Shown here: one piece after another, positions 28,372-31,824 of the stretch | Numbering within the stretch: the first letter of the stretch is position 1 | How the letters are laid out: each line of letters starts with the position of its first letter | Source: Cyanobacteria bacterium P01_D01_bin.156 | GTDB taxonomy: Bacteria > Cyanobacteriota > Cyanobacteriia > Phormidesmidales > Phormidesmidaceae | DNA: 31,824 bases | Reading direction: 5' to 3' | NCBI GenBank assembly: GCA_039024555.1 | Contig: JBCCQQ010000068.1 | Coordinates: forward strand, 1 to 31,824 | Made by a program: the position numbers and the translations under genes | Notes under the pieces: model-generated | What the model saw: only the letters and a program-made list of their open reading frames with translations | What the model was told of the DNA's origin: nothing | The model's database searches: none

Positions 28372-28396
28372 CTGATTATTGTCCCCGTTGATTTAG

Positions 28397-28580
28397 TAAG
28401 TAGGTTGAACCAATTAGCTATCAGACGTCGAAGCTCCCTTTGCTGGAAGTATGTATGCTTTGCCAATTAGGCATCCTGGGAGAGGCTAGGTTCAAAGCCA
28501 CCAGTATTGAGGGTTTGGGGGCAAAACCTGCGAAGTCAAACTGCTTATTCATGTTGATAAAAGATTGAGTTACCCACTTA
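28397..28580. mobile_element. MITE-like insertion between the two phosphoesterase genes
   Basis: Imperfect inverted ends TAAGTAGGT.../...ACCCACTTA; internal degenerate cyanobacterial repeat TTCAAAGCCACCAGTATTGAGGGTTTGGGGGC. Confidence 0.45.
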
Positions 28581-28581
28581 T

Positions 28582-29394
28582 CTAGCGCTCACACACATGG
28601 GTGGGATCGTCCGCCCGTTCGGCAAACTCCATACCCCGAGATAATCGCCAGGCAAAAATAGAAGGCAGCCCCTTGTCGATAATCGCCTGACAAGTCTTTT
28701 CATAATCATAAGTAACTTCCCGAAGCGTCACCTGGGCTGTCTCTGTGTCGTAAAGAACATAGGTAGCATTCGGACGGCCATGACGAGGTTCACCCACAGA
28801 ACCTGCATTAATAATACGTTTTAGCGATGCCTCAAACTGTTGAGGAGAATCCGACGGAGTGGGATTTTTTACCGTTACCGACACTTTCGCATCCGATAAC
28901 TCTCGCACATAGGGCACATGGGTATGACCACAGAACAACACATCGGCATCGGCAGAGAGCACCCGCTCTAGGGCAGCAAAGCCATCCATGCTAGGCAACA
29001 AATACTCATGCTGGCTATTGGGGCTACCGTGAACAAAACACAGGTTATCCCGTTTTAACGACATCGGTAATGTAGCCAAATACTCGCGTATATCGGCCCG
29101 AATCTCATTATTGGTCCATTCATGGGCTAGTTTTCCCCGCTGTTCGGCTAGCTGGGATGGGTAGCTACACTCACAGGCATTCAAGCCATCCACAATATCC
29201 TCATCCCAACAGCCCTGGCAGGTAGGAATTTCCAACGAGCGAATCCTGTCCACGACGCCATTAGGATCAGGGCCATAGCCCACTAGATCCCCAAGACAAT
29301 AGATTTGCTCAGCCTTTTGAGCATCAATATCTGACAGCACTGCATCCAGCGCTTCAGAATTACCATGGATGCAAGACATCACCGCAAGTTTCAT
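28582..29394 (-). CDS. Metallophosphoesterase family protein with Cys-substituted motifs
   Basis: SCIHGN, LGDLVGYG, GCWD, CECSY, HGSP, GHTH, NAGSVGEPRHG. Confidence 0.9.
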   Translation of the reverse strand: MKLAVMSCIHGNSEALDAVLSDIDAQKAEQIYCLGDLVGYGPDPNGVVDRIRSLEIPTCQGCWDEDIVDGLNACECSYPSQLAEQRGKLAHEWTNNEIRADIREYLATLPMSLKRDNLCFVHGSPNSQHEYLLPSMDGFAALERVLSADADVLFCGHTHVPYVRELSDAKVSVTVKNPTPSDSPQQFEASLKRIINAGSVGEPRHGRPNATYVLYDTETAQVTLREVTYDYEKTCQAIIDKGLPSIFAWRLSRGMEFAERADDPTHVCER

Positions 29395-29405
29395 GCATTT
29401 ACCTC

Positions 29406-30182
29406 CTAATTGGTCGCCGCTGCTAGATTCTCTTCTTCTGACTGCAATTGTCGGTATTGCCGATGATACTGGGATAACACATCATCAGCTAAACAGCATT
29501 CCAACAATGTTTGAGCAATAGTTTTTTGATCTAAATTATGACCCACAATTTCTAGACCGCTAAAGCGATCGGGGCGTCCCTCTAGCCACCGGGGCAGTTT
29601 GAGCTCGGTATATTCAATCCCCGGTAATCCTTCGACAAAATCCACATAGAACGCTTGGCCATCCGGTAGCTCAAAAATACCTTTGAGGCGCGTCACCTGA
29701 CCGTAAGCTCCCTCAGTTATTTCAATTAGCACTGCATCTAAGCTGGGGGGATCAAACACTTGACCCGTTAGGGGAGATTTCCAGATAGCGGGTAGTGGCT
29801 CGGACGCCGAATTATTGTTACCGGGGATGACCTTATCTGCCCAGTCGTGCCATTCAGAGGCTTCTAAACCAGGTGGCACAACTGCGATTCGTTGCCCAGG
29901 CAGGGAGGCTAGTAATGGTGACTCTATATCCAGATGAAAGCCCAGCTCTATAAAAACCTTGGCCTGCTCAGGTAAGTTAGCCAGCACGCTAGAAGCCTGG
30001 TCGTCTGAAATAACTGATACCCAGGGGAAGCAGTAACCAATACGGGCTAAATCAACTGAATCCTCAGCTCCTGGATATAGATAAAACAAAGGACATGAAG
30101 CGTCTTTAAGAAATTGGCTAATCCAGGCGGTTTTACCTACCCCAGGCGGACCGGCCACTAAATTGAAGTCCAAGGATTCCAT
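29406..30182 (-). CDS. Degenerate G3E/CobW-like protein (Walker A plus CobW_C-like tail; alternative TTG start 30203)
   Basis: VAGPPGVGKT; YGQVTRLKGIF...GLEIVG resembles CobW_C; no CxCC or NKxD. Confidence 0.75.
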   Translation of the reverse strand: MESLDFNLVAGPPGVGKTAWISQFLKDASCPLFYLYPGAEDSVDLARIGYCFPWVSVISDDQASSVLANLPEQAKVFIELGFHLDIESPLLASLPGQRIAVVPPGLEASEWHDWADKVIPGNNNSASEPLPAIWKSPLTGQVFDPPSLDAVLIEITEGAYGQVTRLKGIFELPDGQAFYVDFVEGLPGIEYTELKLPRWLEGRPDRFSGLEIVGHNLDQKTIAQTLLECCLADDVLSQYHRQYRQLQSEEENLAAATN

Positions 30183-30262
30183 AGAAGGCGAACAATTGTT
30201 CAAGTTAGACTTTAGAGTCTAAGGCTAAATACATCAAGGCGTTCTACATTATACTCGCAGAA

Positions 30263-30277
30263 TGATAATCATTATCA
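30263..30277. promoter_or_regulatory. Zur box (perfect)
   Basis: TGATAATCATTATCA upstream of the three-gene operon; minus-strand TATAAT at 30248-30253. Confidence 0.92.
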
Positions 30278-30396
30278 TTTTTTTACTTTTTACTTATGGT
30301 TACTGCAGCTGTCCTGTCAAAATGGACGGTTGGTGAGAACGATCAGTGATCTAAAAAGAAGTTGAGAATATACGTGCAGACTGCCTAGAACTGTTG

Positions 30397-31512
30397 TTAA
30401 CTCAAATCAGCTATCACACGATTACGTCCGCTTATTTTAGCTGCGTACATCGCCTGATCCACCCGCTGTAGTAAGTTTTCAATGGTGTCTGTAGGCTTCA
30501 CTAAAGTCACTCCGAACGATGCGGTGACACTGCCTGCAGGCTCAATCTCATCTGAGGCAATGGCTAACCGCAAGTCCTCAGTGATGCGTTCGAGCACTTC
30601 AGCCCTAACATGCCGCAATACGACCAAAAATTCTTCTCCTCCCCAGCGGGCAAGACAGTCATTCTTGCGCAAAACCTGGCTACAGCGACTTGCTATAGCC
30701 AGCAAGACAGCATCACCCACCTGATGGCCATAGGTATCGTTGATGCGTTTGAAATGATCGATATCGAATAAAATCACTCCATCTCTGGAATCAGTATCCG
30801 CCACACAGATAGAGAGGAACTCTTCAGCCGCACGGCGATTGTAAAGGTTCGTGAGTGAATCTCGTTCAGAAAGTACCTGCATAAGGGCTCGTTCGTCCTG
30901 CAAGGATATGAGTCTGTCTTGCAACACCTGGTGAAAAGGGATCAAGATAGAAACAATTCCTGTGAACGGGCCAAGCGTTAAAGCGATTTCTATGCCGCGA
31001 GGGCTCCAAAGTTCATTCGGGTGAACTATCAAATAGCTGATGACGGGCAAGGAGATTAAAAGCCAAGACACAACAGCAGTCTTTATCACAGTCTGCGGAG
31101 TGTTAAATATAAACATGATGGCAATGATGGCCATTGGTAGACTGCTAATTGGCGGCAAACTATCAACCAGAGTGATGTTGGGTAAGGAAATAGCTTGTCC
31201 AATACAAATCCAGGTCGGAAAAATACCGCCTCCAAAAAAGATCGTGATCAAAGAGATTCTCCACACTCTCTGCAGACTTTCAGGTCGTAGGTAAAGCCAA
31301 CAGAACAGAAGTGAAAAGATGAGACACATCAGAGGAGGCACAACCCGATCCATTAGATATGGTTTAGGTTCCAAGTAATGGATCAGAGTCGCTAACCCCG
31401 ATGAAATAAGTGCGATCGCTAGCGTGATTAGAGCAGTCCTGCGAATAAATGTTTCATCTGTGTACAACATAACATCACGTTTCCAATCACCCGCTCTAGA
31501 TAACCTACGCAT
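30397..31512 (-). CDS. Membrane-bound diguanylate cyclase (start may be ATG 31470)
   Basis: About 6 N-terminal TM segments; DSLTNLYNRR, DIDHFKRINDTYGH, RKND I-site, GGEEF. Confidence 0.93.
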   Translation of the reverse strand: MRRLSRAGDWKRDVMLYTDETFIRRTALITLAIALISSGLATLIHYLEPKPYLMDRVVPPLMCLIFSLLFCWLYLRPESLQRVWRISLITIFFGGGIFPTWICIGQAISLPNITLVDSLPPISSLPMAIIAIMFIFNTPQTVIKTAVVSWLLISLPVISYLIVHPNELWSPRGIEIALTLGPFTGIVSILIPFHQVLQDRLISLQDERALMQVLSERDSLTNLYNRRAAEEFLSICVADTDSRDGVILFDIDHFKRINDTYGHQVGDAVLLAIASRCSQVLRKNDCLARWGGEEFLVVLRHVRAEVLERITEDLRLAIASDEIEPAGSVTASFGVTLVKPTDTIENLLQRVDQAMYAAKISGRNRVIADLS

Positions 31513-31824
31513 TGTATCTATCCATTGTCAGCAGTAGGTTATAGGAATTGTTAGACTGCAATCACTTACCGCAAAGAATTTATGAGCAGAGTGCGTGCCC
31601 AAACGTCGAAAAGAGAAAGAACCCTAAGCCGACTGTCCTTTAAAGAAGGAAAGCATAGCTATCGTTACATATAGTCACAAAGGTCTGAAAGGGAGACACA
31701 ACAGCTAAAGCGTATCTAGGACAGCTTCTATAGCTCTTAGCCCTCGTAAATGATACTCAATTTTGTTTCGGTCGAGTCTCATCAACGCCTGAACGTGTTT
31801 GTGGCAACGGTGCCAAAAAGGAAC

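Larger units (their letters stand above)
4987..31419. repeat. HIP1 octamers (GCGATCGC), dispersed
   Basis: Seen at 4987, 5426, 12080, 13007, 13719, 14478, 15170, 16194, 17191, 20032, 22267, 27925 and 31412. Confidence 0.85.

Overview
Cyanobacterial DNA (at least 13 HIP1 GCGATCGC octamers) that is almost entirely a metal-homeostasis island. Zinc-starvation side: at least eight Zur-type boxes (TGATAATNATTATCA-like) lie upstream of a TonB-like gene and two tandem ZnuA/TroA-type binding proteins, two COG0523 GTPases, a cysS paralog, an RbcS-like (SSUL) remnant, a CadC-like repressor and an operon of a degenerate G3E protein plus two atypical metallophosphoesterases. A third COG0523 gene is paired with a WD40 gene. 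Metal-excess side: a P1B-4 ATPase (CoaT-like) with a CoaR-type operator, an SmtB repressor divergent from a 116-aa His/Cys-rich protein sitting where metallothionein normally sits, and a CadC-like repressor with a CDF-like transporter. Many parts look eroded: truncated folE, frameshifted znuB with no znuC, an in-frame amber codon in cysS, and DUF433, SSUL and possible coaR remnants. Unrelated passengers: GNAT, M23 peptidase, SelO, a PD-(D/E)XK-like protein, a PPC/DUF296 protein, an OFA-family MFS, a large FHA-domain exoprotein and a diguanylate cyclase. The least-explained signals are (i) a ~250-nt modular palindromic non-coding element in 2 full and 2 partial copies with a repositioned hairpin module, (ii) the SmtB-linked His-rich protein, and (iii) the Cys-substituted and degenerate phosphoesterase pair. 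All calls come from reading motifs by eye; no database searches were run.
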